The notes under the pieces were generated by a model. That model was given only the letters and a program-made list of their open reading frames with translations, had not been told where the DNA came from and searched no databases. The position numbers and the translations under genes were made by a program. From Dehalococcoidia bacterium (GTDB lineage: Bacteria > Chloroflexota > Dehalococcoidia > DSTF01 > WHTK01): 64,000 bases of DNA. Within the stretch, counting starts at the first letter, position 1. Each line of letters opens with the position of its first letter. Shown here in pieces: positions 62,453 through 64,000 of the stretch. The stretch covers positions 18,527 through 82,526 of the forward strand of contig WHTK01000011.1 in assembly GCA_009377745.1 (NCBI GenBank). Reading direction: 5' to 3'.

Positions 62453-64000
62453 TCAGGGCACCAGCACCGTGTGCGCGGCCGAGATGATCTCGCCCTGGTT
62501 CTGGTCCTGCACCACCACGCGGACGCTGTACGTCCCGGGTGGCCATCCCGACGTCGGCAGCACCCCCAGCGTCCCACCCTGCACCGGCGTGCTCCACTGC
62601 CCCAGCGCCGACCAATTCAATGGCGATGAGCCGGAGCCGTACTCCAGCCGGTAATACTGCATCGCGTTGGACCAGGCCCAGCCCTGAATGCTCACCGTCC
62701 CCGCGGCCGCCGTGGTTGGTCCCGTCACGCTGGCTATGGGCGACGGCGGCGGCGCGGCGGCGGCCGTGATCCGTGGCTCCGGCGCCGCCGTTGGCTCCGC
62801 CTGAGCGTTGCTGCTGGCCGGCGGTGCGTTGGCCGGTGTGCTGCCCTTGACGAAGACCTCATTGCGACAGGAGCCGCCACCACCGCACACCCGGCGCTCT
62901 TCGATGTTATCCGGCCTGGCGAACGCGCCCGACGCCCCACCGTGGTAAGTCGCCTGCAGCGTGTCGCGCATCACCCGGAACGAGATCGAAGTGCTGTAGA
63001 TGTTGACGATCGGCGCGTTGTCCGAGTTGCCCGCCCAGACGCCGACGCTGTAGTCCGGCGTATAGCCAAAGGCCCAGGTTTCGCCGATCTTGCCGCCGCC
63101 CGGCCCCCGTGGGTCGAAGGGCTCGCTGGTGCCCGTCTTCACGGCGGCGACTCGCCCCGGGACGCTGATGCCGCCGCAGCCGAAGGTCACGCACTGGGAG
63201 CTGGGGTCGCTGAGGATGCTCGTCACCAGGTAGGCATGCTCGGCCGGCACGACCTGCTGCTCCGCCCTCTGCTCGTTGGCGTCGAAAAGCACTTCGCCCT
63301 TTGCGTCCTCGATGCGCAGGATCGTGATCGGCTCCAGCTCGCGTTCGTCCTCTTCGCGCTCGCCGATTACCGGCTGGCCTACCATCCGGCCGTTGTTCGC
63401 CAGCACGCTGTAGCCGTAGGTCAGGTCGATTGCGCTCAGGTCCACGCCGCCGATCGAGATCGCCGGGCCGTAGTAGCCGTCCAGCGTCGGAACCCCATCG
63501 ACTTTGCCACGTCGACGATGTTGCCCACGCCCAGCCGCAGCGCGATCTTGAAGGCCGGTACGTTGAGCGAGTTACCCAGCGCGTTGCGCAGGCTGATCGG
63601 TCCCAGGTACCGGTTCCGCGTCGGGTTCTGGGGCTGAAAGATAGTCCCGTCCGACTCGCGGTAAGTAACCGGCGAATCATCGATCATCGTCGAGGGGGTC
63701 CAGCCCAGCCTCATGAACGACGTCAGGAAGACGAACGGCTTGAAGGAGGAGCCCGGCGAGTTCAGCGCGATCAGGTTGTTGACGTTGCCCTGGATGTCGT
63801 CACGGAAGTAGTCCCTGCTGCCGATCAGGGTCAGCACCTCACCGCTACGGTTGTCCAGCACCAGCAGCGCCCCGTTGTGGCTGTTCGATATGCCCTCGAA
63901 CTCACTGATCCAGCGTTCGAGGATGTCCAGCGCCTCGTACTGCAGGTTCAGGTCGAGCGTTGTCGTCACCACTAGGCCGTCGCGGTACACCGCATCGCGC
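62453..64000 (-). CDS. Class A penicillin-binding protein, 3' part (frameshift ~63490; 5' end outside window)
   Basis: TTLDL, PGSSFKP (SxxK), SLN, KTGTS and a C-terminal Ig-like domain. Confidence 0.88.

Overview
High-GC bacterial window; the gene content suggests Chloroflexota/Dehalococcoidia (inference only). It has two halves. Bases 1 to ~32,690 look like the right part of a genomic island inserted into comM, which is cut just after AAMNPC. This half carries IS1111/IS110 and IS481 remnants, duplicated non-coding segments, many frameshifted or truncated genes, and catabolic cargo: three Rieske oxygenases, solute-binding proteins, MFS transporters, an LLM oxidoreductase, class II aldolases and a sulfur/thiol cluster. 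Bases ~32,690 to 64,000 are intact, core-like DNA. Highlights: (i) a five-gene TasA-like pilin / FPTTG-anchored TasA-like subunit / SipW / CnaB-repeat RTX adhesin / class F sortase cluster, suggesting a sortase-anchored donor-strand fibre; (ii) three 408-aa bicupin paralogues plus a fourth divergent bicupin and an orphan EutA-like ATPase; (iii) an IS1111 element whose 3' non-coding region contains guide segments that exactly match both of its insertion flanks. No tRNA, rRNA or CRISPR array was recognised. Many island frameshifts may be long-read errors.
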